Shown here one piece after another: positions 55,822 to 64,000 of a DNA stretch of 64,000 nt. Each line of letters starts with the position of its first letter. Position 1 is the first letter of the stretch. Source of the DNA: Clostridiales bacterium (GTDB lineage Bacteria; Bacillota; Clostridia; Christensenellales; CAG-138); assembly GCA_019416935.1 (NCBI GenBank), contig DXWI01000013.1, forward strand, positions 2,351 to 66,350. The letters run 5' to 3'. The position numbers and the translations under genes are program-made. The notes beneath the pieces are model-generated. The model was not told the origin of the DNA and ran no database searches. It saw only the letters and a list, made by a program, of their open reading frames with translations.

Positions 55822-57093
55822 TTACCGTTCCAACAGCTTTTCGAGCGCCGCAAGACGCAGGCAGGTGCAGAACAGCTCCATCGCCTTCGTCAACTCCGGC
55901 AGCGTCGGATAGGAGGGTGCGATGCGGATGTTGCTGTCGCGCGGATCCACGCCGTACGGGAAGGTCGCGCCGGCGCCGGTCATCGTGACGCCCGCCTGTT
56001 TGCACAGCGCCAGCGTTCGTTTGGCCGTACCGGGCATGGCGTTCAGGCTGATGAAATAGCCGCCGCGCGGCCGGTTCCAGCTCGCGATGCCGGTCGGCGC
56101 CACGGTCCGATCAAGCTGTTCGAGCACCGCGTCAAACCGAGGCTTGAGCATCGCCGCCTGCCGCTTCATATGTTCGAGCGTTTGGGCCTTGTTTTTCAAA
56201 AAACGCACATGCATCAACTGATTGACCTTGTTAAAGCCGATGGTCTGGAACGTGAGCATGCCGAGCAGATAGCGGATATTGTCCTCGCTTGCCGCAATGC
56301 AGGAAACGCCGGCGCCCGCAAACGTGATCTTCGACGTGGAAGCAAACTCATAGACCCGATCCGGATTCCCGTTTTCAGCGCACAGGCCGAGCATCTCGGT
56401 AAACGGCACGAACTCGCCCTCAAACTCGTGGATGCAATACGCATTATCCCACATCAGCGCAAAGTCTGGCGCCGCCGTCGGCATGGCGGCGATGCGGCGG
56501 CAGGTTTCCTCGCTGTACACATAGCCGTCCGGGTTGGAATATTTCGGCACGCACCACATCCCCTTCACAGCGGGGTCCCGTACCAATCGCTCCACCTGCT
56601 CCATATCGGGGCCATCCGGGCCGATGGGTACGGAGATCAGTTCCACGCCGAAGGATTGCGTCAGATTGAAATGGCGGTCGTAGCCGGGACATGGACAAAG
56701 GAACTTCACGACGGGCTCCTTTGACCACGGGCGCGGGCTGTTCTTGAGGCCGTGCGTAAATGCCTTGGCGATCAAGTCATACATCAGATTCAGGCTCGCG
56801 TTGCCGCCGATCACCACGTTTTCCGGACGCACGCCCAGAATTTCGGCAAACAGCGCTTTACAGGACGGCAGCCCGTCCAGCCCGCCATAGTTTCTTACGT
56901 CTATGCCGTCGCAGATAAAATTTCCATCGTCGAGCGTGCGCAGCATTGCATTGCTCAGGTCGAGCTGCTCTGCTGACGGCTTTCCCCGCGCAAGATTGAG
57001 CGAAAGGCCAAGCGTGCAGTACGCCTCATACGCGGATTTGGTGCGCGCATACTCCTCTTCCAGTTGACCATGATTCATTTGACTGTACTGCAT
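55822..57093 (-). CDS. PLP-dependent aminotransferase (class I/II fold)
   Basis: MQYSQMNHGQLEEEY...; PLP-lysine region STSKITFAGAG. The second ATG was chosen because GAGGAG lies 9 nt upstream. Confidence 0.85.
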   Translation of the reverse strand: MQYSQMNHGQLEEEYARTKSAYEAYCTLGLSLNLARGKPSAEQLDLSNAMLRTLDDGNFICDGIDVRNYGGLDGLPSCKALFAEILGVRPENVVIGGNASLNLMYDLIAKAFTHGLKNSPRPWSKEPVVKFLCPCPGYDRHFNLTQSFGVELISVPIGPDGPDMEQVERLVRDPAVKGMWCVPKYSNPDGYVYSEETCRRIAAMPTAAPDFALMWDNAYCIHEFEGEFVPFTEMLGLCAENGNPDRVYEFASTSKITFAGAGVSCIAASEDNIRYLLGMLTFQTIGFNKVNQLMHVRFLKNKAQTLEHMKRQAAMLKPRFDAVLEQLDRTVAPTGIASWNRPRGGYFISLNAMPGTAKRTLALCKQAGVTMTGAGATFPYGVDPRDSNIRIAPSYPTLPELTKAMELFCTCLRLAALEKLLER

Positions 57094-57448
57094 GCCTGTC
57101 ATCTCCTCAAAAAAATATATTTTTCATTGTGCATCAAATGCTGCGGTTTGTCAAGAGAGCGAATATGGTTTTCCTCTTTTTCCAAGCAGCAGCCGCACCG
57201 CCGGCAGAGAAGCGCGGCAAAAGCCGGCCGCCCTTTCGGAATATGCCCCGGACGTTCATCCGGTCCGCAGGACGATGCTGCTCTTATGTTTCAAACGAAT
57301 GCATTGCCGCAGAAAAACGCGTTTGTGCTGCCGCTGCGCGGAGGTTCGATCTCGCGAAATGTTTCGTTTTTCTGGCGCGCCCGAAATTTCCCGGCGCGTT
57401 TTGGATATCCTATTGAGGAATACTGATGGAAAGAGCGAGGAATGGAAC

Positions 57449-58540
57449 ATGGCAAAACGAATCAACTCCACGCCGCGTGCGGACGGCTTCCGAATGCCCG
57501 CGGAATTCGAGCGGCAAAAGCAGATCTGGATGCTCTGGCCCGAACGGCCCGACAACTGGCGGGACGGCGCCAAGCCGGTGCAAAAGGCATACGCCGAGGT
57601 GGCGAAGGCCATCGCGCAGTTTGAACCGGTCACCATGTGCGTCTCGTACGGACAGTATGCGCACGCCAGAAACGTTCTGCCGCCGGAGGTTCGCGTGGTG
57701 GAAATGTCCAGCAACGACGCCTGGATCCGCGATTGCGGCCCCACTTTTTTGACGGACAGCCGCGGCACGGTGCGCGCCGTTGACTGGGAGTTCAACGCAT
57801 GGGGCGGCCTTGTGGATGGGCTGTACTTCCCTTGGGATGCGGATAATGCAGTGGCGCAGAAGGTCTGCGAGATCGAAAACGTGGACACCTACCATACCCC
57901 CGGCTTTGTGCTCGAGGGTGGCTCCATCCATGTGGACGGCGACGGCACGATGCTTACAACCGAGATGTGTCTTCTCTCTGAGGGCCGCAACCCACACATG
58001 AACCGCGCAGAAATTGAAAAAATGCTCTCCGATTACCTCATGGTGGACAAGGTCATCTGGATCCGTGACGGCATCGATCCGGACGAAACCAACGGCCACA
58101 TCGACGACGTGGCCTGCTTTATCCGCCCCGGCGAGGTTGCCTGCATCTGGACGGAGGATGAGGCCGACCCGTTCTATCAGGCGTGTCAGGATGCCTACAA
58201 CACCCTCTCGGAGGCCACCGATGCACGCGGCCGCAAGCTCAAGCTGCATAAGCTCTGCATGCCGAAGCAGCGCGTCACGATTCAGGGCGATTTTGCGATC
58301 GACAGCGTGGAGGGCACGCTTCCGCGCGAGGACGGCGATATCTGCATCGCTTCCTATATGAATTTTCTCATCGTCAACGGCGGCGTGATCGTACCCCAAT
58401 ACGGCGACGAAAACGACGCTCTGGCGCTCAAGCAGATTCAGGCCATGTTCCCCGATCGCAAAGCGGTCGGCGTATATTCGCGCGAGATCGTCTACGGCGG
58501 CGGCAATATCCATTGTATCACGCAGCAGCAGGCGGAGTAG
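57449..58540 (+). CDS. aguA: agmatine deiminase
   Basis: MAKRINSTPRADGFRMPAEFERQKQIWMLWPERPDNWR...AWIRDCGPTF...GGGNIHCITQQ (catalytic Cys). Confidence 0.92.
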   Translation: MAKRINSTPRADGFRMPAEFERQKQIWMLWPERPDNWRDGAKPVQKAYAEVAKAIAQFEPVTMCVSYGQYAHARNVLPPEVRVVEMSSNDAWIRDCGPTFLTDSRGTVRAVDWEFNAWGGLVDGLYFPWDADNAVAQKVCEIENVDTYHTPGFVLEGGSIHVDGDGTMLTTEMCLLSEGRNPHMNRAEIEKMLSDYLMVDKVIWIRDGIDPDETNGHIDDVACFIRPGEVACIWTEDEADPFYQACQDAYNTLSEATDARGRKLKLHKLCMPKQRVTIQGDFAIDSVEGTLPREDGDICIASYMNFLIVNGGVIVPQYGDENDALALKQIQAMFPDRKAVGVYSREIVYGGGNIHCITQQQAE

Positions 58541-58599
58541 CCGCCCTCCGGTCCGGCCTCCGGCCGGACCGAATGACCACCATTTTCGGGAGGTAAACA

Positions 58600-59958
58600 A
58601 TGGAACAAACGAAAAGCGTAAGCCTGATGAAGAGCATACTCTTCACCATATGCAGCATACTGGTGCTCGATACCTTTGTCGCGCCGGCGATCATCGGCGT
58701 TTCGTCCATCACAATCTGGATCATTACGGCCGTGGTTTTCTTCATTCCCTACGGCCTGCTCTCCAGCGAACTTGGGAGCACCTATCCGGATGACGGCGGT
58801 ATTTGCAGTTGGGTCGACCGGGCATTCGGCGAACGGGCCGCGGTCATGACCGGCTGGTATTACTGGGTCAACGTCGCATTCTGGATGCCGGCGGTGTTCG
58901 TCGCCTTCGCCTACTGGTTTTCCTATGCGTTTGCGCCGGGCGCCTCCAATCTGGTGCTCGCCGCCATCGCGACGCTCATGTGCTGGCTGATCGTATGGGT
59001 TGGCATTCGCGGCGTGGAGCTGTCCGTCACGGTTTCGAGCATTGCAGCCATATGCAAGGTCGCAGTGCTGCTGCTGTTCGGGTTTCTGGGCATTGCATAC
59101 GCCATCAAATTCGGGCTTGCAAACGATTTTTCCCTGAGCAGCTTCATGCCCAGTCTCGGCAACACCACGCAGTATATCGCGGTCATCGTCTACAATTTGC
59201 TTGGTTTTGAGCTGATCGGTTCGATCGGTTCCCAGATACACAATCCGGGCAAGACCATCCCGCGCATGACCGTTGTCTCCGGCGCGATCATCACCGCCAT
59301 GTATGTGTTCGGCACATTTGGCATTCTGGCCGCAGTACCGGCGGCAAACGTCGATACGGTGGACGGGTTCTACTTCGCACTGGAGGAGCTGTGTACGGTG
59401 TTCGGCCCTGCCGGGAAGGCAGTATTCTATGTGGTCATCGTCATCGCAATGCTCACGCTCGTATCCAACATGGTCTCCTGGACGCTTGGTGCAAACGAAG
59501 CGCTCATCGCCGCCAACCTCGATCGGCGCTCCAAATTCCTTGGGCACCGCAGCCGCAAATACGGTACGGCGGACAATTTGTACCTGGTCATGGGCGTTCT
59601 TGCGACCGTGCTCATCGTGCTCAACTTCGCGCTCTCCGGCGATGCAAACGACATCTTCTGGACGATTCTGGCCTTCAGCACGCTGATCTTTCTGCTGCCG
59701 TATCTGTTCATGTTCCCGGCCGCCGTACGGCTTCGGTACAAGGACCCGCATACCGAGCGGCCCTATCGCGTTGGCGGCCGTGGCAACGCAGGCATCTGGG
59801 TCTGCATGCTCCTGTGCGAGCTGTGCGTGCTGACGGCGATTGTGTTCCTGTTCAAGGATGCGGCGCCGGGCTTCCCGCGCTGGATGCTCATCATCGGCAC
59901 GATTTTGACAACGGTCGCCGGATGGTGGCTGTATCGCGCCGGGCACAGGGCGCGCTGA
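58600..59958 (+). CDS. APC family amino acid/polyamine permease (candidate agmatine:putrescine antiporter)
   Basis: 452-aa polytopic protein; SELGSTYPDDGGICSWV is typical of the APC family. RBS GGGAGG. Confidence 0.85.
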   Translation: MEQTKSVSLMKSILFTICSILVLDTFVAPAIIGVSSITIWIITAVVFFIPYGLLSSELGSTYPDDGGICSWVDRAFGERAAVMTGWYYWVNVAFWMPAVFVAFAYWFSYAFAPGASNLVLAAIATLMCWLIVWVGIRGVELSVTVSSIAAICKVAVLLLFGFLGIAYAIKFGLANDFSLSSFMPSLGNTTQYIAVIVYNLLGFELIGSIGSQIHNPGKTIPRMTVVSGAIITAMYVFGTFGILAAVPAANVDTVDGFYFALEELCTVFGPAGKAVFYVVIVIAMLTLVSNMVSWTLGANEALIAANLDRRSKFLGHRSRKYGTADNLYLVMGVLATVLIVLNFALSGDANDIFWTILAFSTLIFLLPYLFMFPAAVRLRYKDPHTERPYRVGGRGNAGIWVCMLLCELCVLTAIVFLFKDAAPGFPRWMLIIGTILTTVAGWWLYRAGHRAR

Positions 59959-59968
59959 CACGCCGGGC

Positions 59969-61771
59969 ATGAAGCGCATCGGCACCGCCCTGCGGGCATT
60001 GCTGCTGCTGTTGCTGGCAGCAATCGCCCTGTGGATCGGTTTTTCCGGTGGATTGGTCGGGCGGCTTGCCGCCGAAAACGCGGGGCTGAACGCAGCCGCC
60101 GCGCTAAAAAACACCGGCATACGGCTCGGCCCGCTCTCGCTGCTGCCGCCGGTCGTGGCTATTGCGCTTGCAATCCTGACCCATGAGGTGCTGACCGCCC
60201 TGCTGGCCGGTGTAATCACCGGCGAGGTGATGCGCTTTCTGCTTCTGGGCAAGGGCGGTTTGCTGAACGGGCTGAGCAGCGTTTTCAACAGCACGGTGGA
60301 CGGCATCATCACGGTTGTCTCCGACCGGTTCAACAGTTCGGTGATCCTGCTCTGCCTGATGATCGGCGGGCTTGTGGCGCTGATTCGGAGTGCCGGCGGC
60401 TTTCTTGCGCTGGCGGAACGGCTTTCAAGGCGCATCCGCTCCGCCCGCGGCGCGCAGCTCACCGCCCAGCTTCTCGGGCTGATGCTCTTTTTCGACGACT
60501 ATGCCAATGCGCTGATCGTCGGCCCGGTGATGAGTCCCATCACCGACCGGCAGGGCGTGAGCCGAGAAAAGCTCGCGCACATCGTCGATTCGACCGCCGC
60601 GCCGGTGGCCGGCATCGCCGTCATTTCGAGCTGGATCTCCGCAGAGCTGGCCGCCATCGAAAGCGGCCTGGCTATCGCGGGGGTGCAGGCCTCGGCATAC
60701 AGCATGTTTCTCGGCAGTATCCCGTTCTGCTTTTATAATCTCTTTGCGCTGATTCTGCTGTTTTTCAGCATTCTGCTGCAACGGGAATATGGGCCGATGC
60801 TGCGCGCGGAGCAACGGGCACGGGCGGGGCAGCCGGTCAAACCGGCCGGCCGGGATACCGGAGCCACCGGCGCCATTTTCGGCGCGGATTCCGACGGGGC
60901 AAAGCCGGGCAGCGTACTGTCCGCCATCGTACCGGTGGTGCTGCTGTGTCTGGCCGCAGTGATCGGCTTCTATTTGGACGGCCGTGCGGCCGCGGTTGAC
61001 AACGGATTGCTCGCTCCCGATGCGCCGCTGAGTATGCAGACTATCGCCATCGCCTTCAGCGCGGCGGATACCATCACCATTCTCGTGCGCGCCACGCTGA
61101 TCGCAAGCGCCGTTGCGCTGTGCTTCGGCATCCTTACAAGGGCGTTCCGCTTCGTGAAGGGTGTGGAAATCTGGGTATCCGGCGCTTCCGGGCTGCTTGT
61201 GACCGGCATCATCCTCTGCCTTGCGTGGTCGCTCTCCGGCGTTGTGTCACAGCTTGGAACGGCTTACTATCTGGTCGAACTAGTGACGCTGCACCTACCG
61301 TATTGGTGCATTCCGGCGCTGATCTTCATCACCTGCTGCGCCATTTCGTTCGCAACCGGCAGCTATGGCTGTATGCTGATCGTCATGCCGATGGCTGTGC
61401 CGGTAGCCTATGCGTCGGCCGGTCTGGCCGTTGCCGCCCTGCCCCATCCGGAAGGCTTTTTATCCGCCTGCATTGCGGGCGTGCTTTCCGGAGCAATCTT
61501 CGGAGACCACTGCTCCCCCATCACGGACACGACGATTCTCTCGTCCATCGGTGCGGGCTGCGGCAACATCGACCATGTGCACACGCAGCTTCCCTATGCG
61601 CTGACCGCTGCGCTCATCGCCGCCGGCGCCATGCTGCTCTCCGGTCTGGGCGTGCCCGCATGGGTTTGCCTGCTATCGGGCAGCGTACTTTTGGCGGGCG
61701 CGCTGTTGTTGCTGGGAAAGAAGCCTGCCGCCCCTACTCTACAACCAAAAGGAAAGGAAAACAGAACATGA
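59969..61771 (+). CDS. Na+/H+ antiporter NhaC family protein
   Basis: 600-aa polytopic protein; [15 protein letters not shown] and [15 protein letters not shown] motifs of the NhaC family. Confidence 0.85.
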   Translation: MKRIGTALRALLLLLLAAIALWIGFSGGLVGRLAAENAGLNAAAALKNTGIRLGPLSLLPPVVAIALAILTHEVLTALLAGVITGEVMRFLLLGKGGLLNGLSSVFNSTVDGIITVVSDRFNSSVILLCLMIGGLVALIRSAGGFLALAERLSRRIRSARGAQLTAQLLGLMLFFDDYANALIVGPVMSPITDRQGVSREKLAHIVDSTAAPVAGIAVISSWISAELAAIESGLAIAGVQASAYSMFLGSIPFCFYNLFALILLFFSILLQREYGPMLRAEQRARAGQPVKPAGRDTGATGAIFGADSDGAKPGSVLSAIVPVVLLCLAAVIGFYLDGRAAAVDNGLLAPDAPLSMQTIAIAFSAADTITILVRATLIASAVALCFGILTRAFRFVKGVEIWVSGASGLLVTGIILCLAWSLSGVVSQLGTAYYLVELVTLHLPYWCIPALIFITCCAISFATGSYGCMLIVMPMAVPVAYASAGLAVAALPHPEGFLSACIAGVLSGAIFGDHCSPITDTTILSSIGAGCGNIDHVHTQLPYALTAALIAAGAMLLSGLGVPAWVCLLSGSVLLAGALLLLGKKPAAPTLQPKGKENRT

Positions 61772-62784
61772 ACCACAAGGATTTTATCGACACCAATGCG
61801 CTGACCAAGACGGAGCTCATGGACATCATTGAGCTGTCCATCGAGCTGAAAAACTGCATCAAAAATGGCTATTACCCGCCGCTGCTCAAGGATATGACGC
61901 TGGCCATGATCTTCCAGCAGTCGTCCACCCGCACGCGCGTTTCCTTTGAAACGGCCATGCAGCAGCTCGGCGGTCACGCGCAGTACCTCGGGCCGGGCAT
62001 GATCCAGCTCGGCGGCCATGAAACGATCGAGGATACCGGCCGGGTGCTCAGCCGCCTTGTCGACGTGGTGATGGCGCGGGTCATTTCGCACGACACCATC
62101 GTGGCGCTTGCAAAGAGCTGCACCGTACCGGTGCTCAACGGCATGAGCGACTACAACCATCCGACGCAGGAGATCGGCGACCTGATTACAATCGTCGAAA
62201 ACCTACCGCAGGGCAAGAAGCTCGAGGAGTGCAAGGTCGTATTCGTAGGGGACGCTACGCAGGTGTGCGCCTCGCTCGGCTTTATCTGCACAAAGCTCGG
62301 ACTGCATTTTGTCCACTACGGTCCACCCACGCATCAATTGGGCGAGCAGCACAAACGCATTATGGAGGAGAACTGCAAGCTCTCCGGCGGCTCGTGGCTG
62401 GTCACGGATTCGCGCGACGCGGTGCGCGGCGCCGACTTTATCTATACAGACGTGTGGTATGGTCTCTATGAGAACGAAATGCCCAAGGAGGAGCGCGTGC
62501 GCGTGTTTCACGACTTTCAGGTTAACCGCGAACTCATGCAGCTTGGCAATCTCGGCTGCAAATTCCTGCACTGTCTTCCGGCCACGCGCGGCGAGGATGT
62601 CACCGACGAGGTGGCCGATTCCGCCGTTTCTCTCTGTTGGGAGGAGGCCGGCAACCGGTTGACCGCCATGCGCGGCCTGCTGGTCTACTTTACACGCCAT
62701 CTGCCAAAGCCGACAGATCTGCAAAAGGCGGCGGCGCAGGAACGGCTGCAGCGTTTTTTGATTTCGCGCGGTCTGTGCGATTGA
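61768..62784 (+). CDS. ptcA: putrescine carbamoyltransferase
   Basis: STRTR, HPTQ and HCLP motifs. [11 protein letters not shown] replaces the ornithine SMG loop, and there is a C-terminal helical extension after GLLVY, as in Enterococcus PTC. ATGA overlap with nhaC. Confidence 0.85.
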   Translation: MNHKDFIDTNALTKTELMDIIELSIELKNCIKNGYYPPLLKDMTLAMIFQQSSTRTRVSFETAMQQLGGHAQYLGPGMIQLGGHETIEDTGRVLSRLVDVVMARVISHDTIVALAKSCTVPVLNGMSDYNHPTQEIGDLITIVENLPQGKKLEECKVVFVGDATQVCASLGFICTKLGLHFVHYGPPTHQLGEQHKRIMEENCKLSGGSWLVTDSRDAVRGADFIYTDVWYGLYENEMPKEERVRVFHDFQVNRELMQLGNLGCKFLHCLPATRGEDVTDEVADSAVSLCWEEAGNRLTAMRGLLVYFTRHLPKPTDLQKAAAQERLQRFLISRGLCD

Positions 62785-62927
62785 ATCCTGTCCGGCACAT
62801 CCTTGCAGGGATGACGCCTTGACGTTTCCCGTCCGGCGGCGGTGCGCTGTTCGCGCTCAATACCACGATTGGGGCTGGCTCGCATCAAGGACCGGTTGGA
62901 TACGATCAAAGCATAGATGAATCATTT

Positions 62928-62966
62928 GATCCGACGCACCGCATGCGGCGGTGCGTCGGATCTTTG
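62928..62966. terminator. bidirectional terminator hairpin
   Basis: 15-bp perfect stem GATCCGACGCACCGC/GCGGTGCGTCGGATC followed by TTTG, between convergent genes. Confidence 0.75.
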
Positions 62967-63010
62967 CTGAACGTATTCATGTCGGCCAGATATGCGCATG
63001 CCATCGGCCT

Positions 63011-63568
63011 CTATTTCCGCTTGCTGCAAAACATGGCGCCCGTGACCTGCTGCATGGCCTGGATGGTCATAACCGTCTTGGGATCTGCGGTGAGCAACAA
63101 CTTTCGGATCAACGGGATGTCCCTGCGCCTTGCGGTAATCAGGATGGCTGTGCGTTCGGCACCCTGCATGCCCTCTGCGGGAATGATCGTCAGAGCCTGC
63201 CCCTTTTCACGCAGCAGCGTCGCAGCTTTTAGTGCCGCCGCCTTGTCCATAAACACGCCGGTGATGGAGCAAAATCCAAGCGCCAGCTTTTCTTCCATGA
63301 CGGAGCCCAACACATTTCCGAGCGCAAAAGCGCATACGAGGACGACGACTTTTAGTGGGTCCGAGGCAAATCCGGTCAGCACGGTGCCCGTAATACACAG
63401 CCAAAAGGTATATTCAAACAGCGCTACAATGGCACCGGGCAGCCGCTGTCCCTTCAGAATCAACTGCGAGCGCAGGGAGGCAAGCGCTACCTCCACCAGC
63501 TTTCCGAAGAAAATGAACAGGTAGACGTAGATTGATGAACCCATCAAGAAGTTCGCAATTTGGTTCAC
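63011..63568 (-). CDS. UPF0316/DUF2179 membrane protein (YebE-like)
   Basis: LVEVALASLRSQLILKGQR...FALGNVLGSVMEEKLALG... plus a C-terminal DUF2179 domain. The GTG start at 63568 overlaps the upstream stop; an alternative ATG lies at 63544. Confidence 0.8.
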   Translation of the reverse strand: MNQIANFLMGSSIYVYLFIFFGKLVEVALASLRSQLILKGQRLPGAIVALFEYTFWLCITGTVLTGFASDPLKVVVLVCAFALGNVLGSVMEEKLALGFCSITGVFMDKAAALKAATLLREKGQALTIIPAEGMQGAERTAILITARRRDIPLIRKLLLTADPKTVMTIQAMQQVTGAMFCSKRK

Positions 63569-64000
63569 AGTGTATCACCCGCCCTTGCCGGCACGACCGG
63601 CAAACGGTTGATCCGGCAAAAATACTGGTAGAACCGGTTGATCACCGGGCCCTGCGCGGTACCGGCAAGCAAGCCGGTCAAGTCGAGCAAAATCCGCTGC
63701 ATGGTTTCGTTGGAAAAGTATTTGAAGGCGATATTGCCCCAGCGCGGGAACACTTCGCCATGGTCGAAATAATCCCAGTAGGACAGGGTACAATCCGTTG
63801 GCAGACAGATCCGATAGCGATCGTGGGCTTCGACCGTTCCGTTTTTACACTGCTCTCCCCAGCAACTCTCCTTCACCATAAAGGCGCCTAAAATGCGCCG
63901 CTCCCGCTCCGCGCCGCTCTCCGGCAGTCCCGTCAGCAGGCAGGCGGAATTCGGCTTGAGCCGATCGGGAATACGCGGCTGCCCTTTACAGGCGCCCCGT
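63565..64000 (-). CDS. hypothetical protein, 5' end beyond window edge
   Basis: Own translation shows the frame of ORF 63565..63879 stays open to position 63999 (...RGACKGQPRIPDRLKPNSACLLTGLPESGAERERRILGAFMVKESCWGEQ...). No family recognised. Confidence 0.55.
   Translation of the reverse strand, partial: RGACKGQPRIPDRLKPNSACLLTGLPESGAERERRILGAFMVKESCWGEQCKNGTVEAHDRYRICLPTDCTLSYWDYFDHGEVFPRWGNIAFKYFSNETMQRILLDLTGLLAGTAQGPVINRFYQYFCRINRLPVVPARAGDTL

Noticed and set aside
54779-56005. 408-aa version of the trmK ORF, and similar long upstream extensions of the glucokinase-like gene (18420..19667), mutY, pepF and mnmA ORFs
   Set aside because: The extensions are open only because of high GC. Homology begins at internal ATGs that have an RBS or a leaderless promoter, and the extensions run into neighbouring genes or terminators.
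58492-60462. 656-aa ORF antisense to the APC permease and nhaC genes
   Set aside because: It spans two plus-strand membrane-protein genes. Low-complexity Arg/Ala/Pro-rich translation.
61120-61767. N-terminal 216-codon extension of the ptcA ORF (track ORF 61120..62784)
   Set aside because: The extension overlaps nhaC in another frame and translates to Arg/Cys-rich nonsense. The carbamoyltransferase homology starts at MNHKDF (61768), preceded by GGAAAGGAAA and an ATGA overlap.

Overview
High-GC (about 60%) chromosomal segment of a spore-forming Clostridia bacterium (spoIIID and spoVT present; gene content looks Oscillospiraceae/Ruminococcaceae-like, which is inference only). It is densely coding, with many 4-nt ATGA/GTGA start-stop overlaps. 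Housekeeping genes include dnaX-ybaB-recR, mutY, pepF, an SOS-regulated dinB, mnmA, glyQS, recD2-comF, a phosphofructokinase, apbE, and trmK-nif3-COG1579 followed by the RNase P RNA gene (rnpB) and trpS. Three accessory metabolic loci stand out. The first is a ROK-regulated operon of unknown substrate: enolase-superfamily enzyme, NMT1-type ABC importer, Gfo/Idh/MocA oxidoreductase and creatininase-family hydrolase. The second is a three-subunit xanthine-dehydrogenase-family enzyme with a BMP-type nucleoside ABC importer and a divergent cytosine-deaminase-like amidohydrolase. The third is an agmatine deiminase / putrescine carbamoyltransferase locus. No transposase, integrase, CRISPR array, tRNA or rRNA gene was seen. 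The most unusual signal is a roughly 250-nt ORF-free multi-hairpin element present twice, at 46384-46636 and inverted at 51464-51730, each between convergent genes. Its stems covary between the copies, and each copy is bracketed by a duplicated, copy-specific hairpin. Other leads are a roughly 260-nt ORF-free leader before a zinc-ribbon gene, six promoters placed for leaderless translation, a small ORF translationally coupled to dinB, and a Cys-rich mini-membrane protein next to a CopZ-like gene. Many long antisense ORFs in the track are high-GC shadow ORFs and were rejected.
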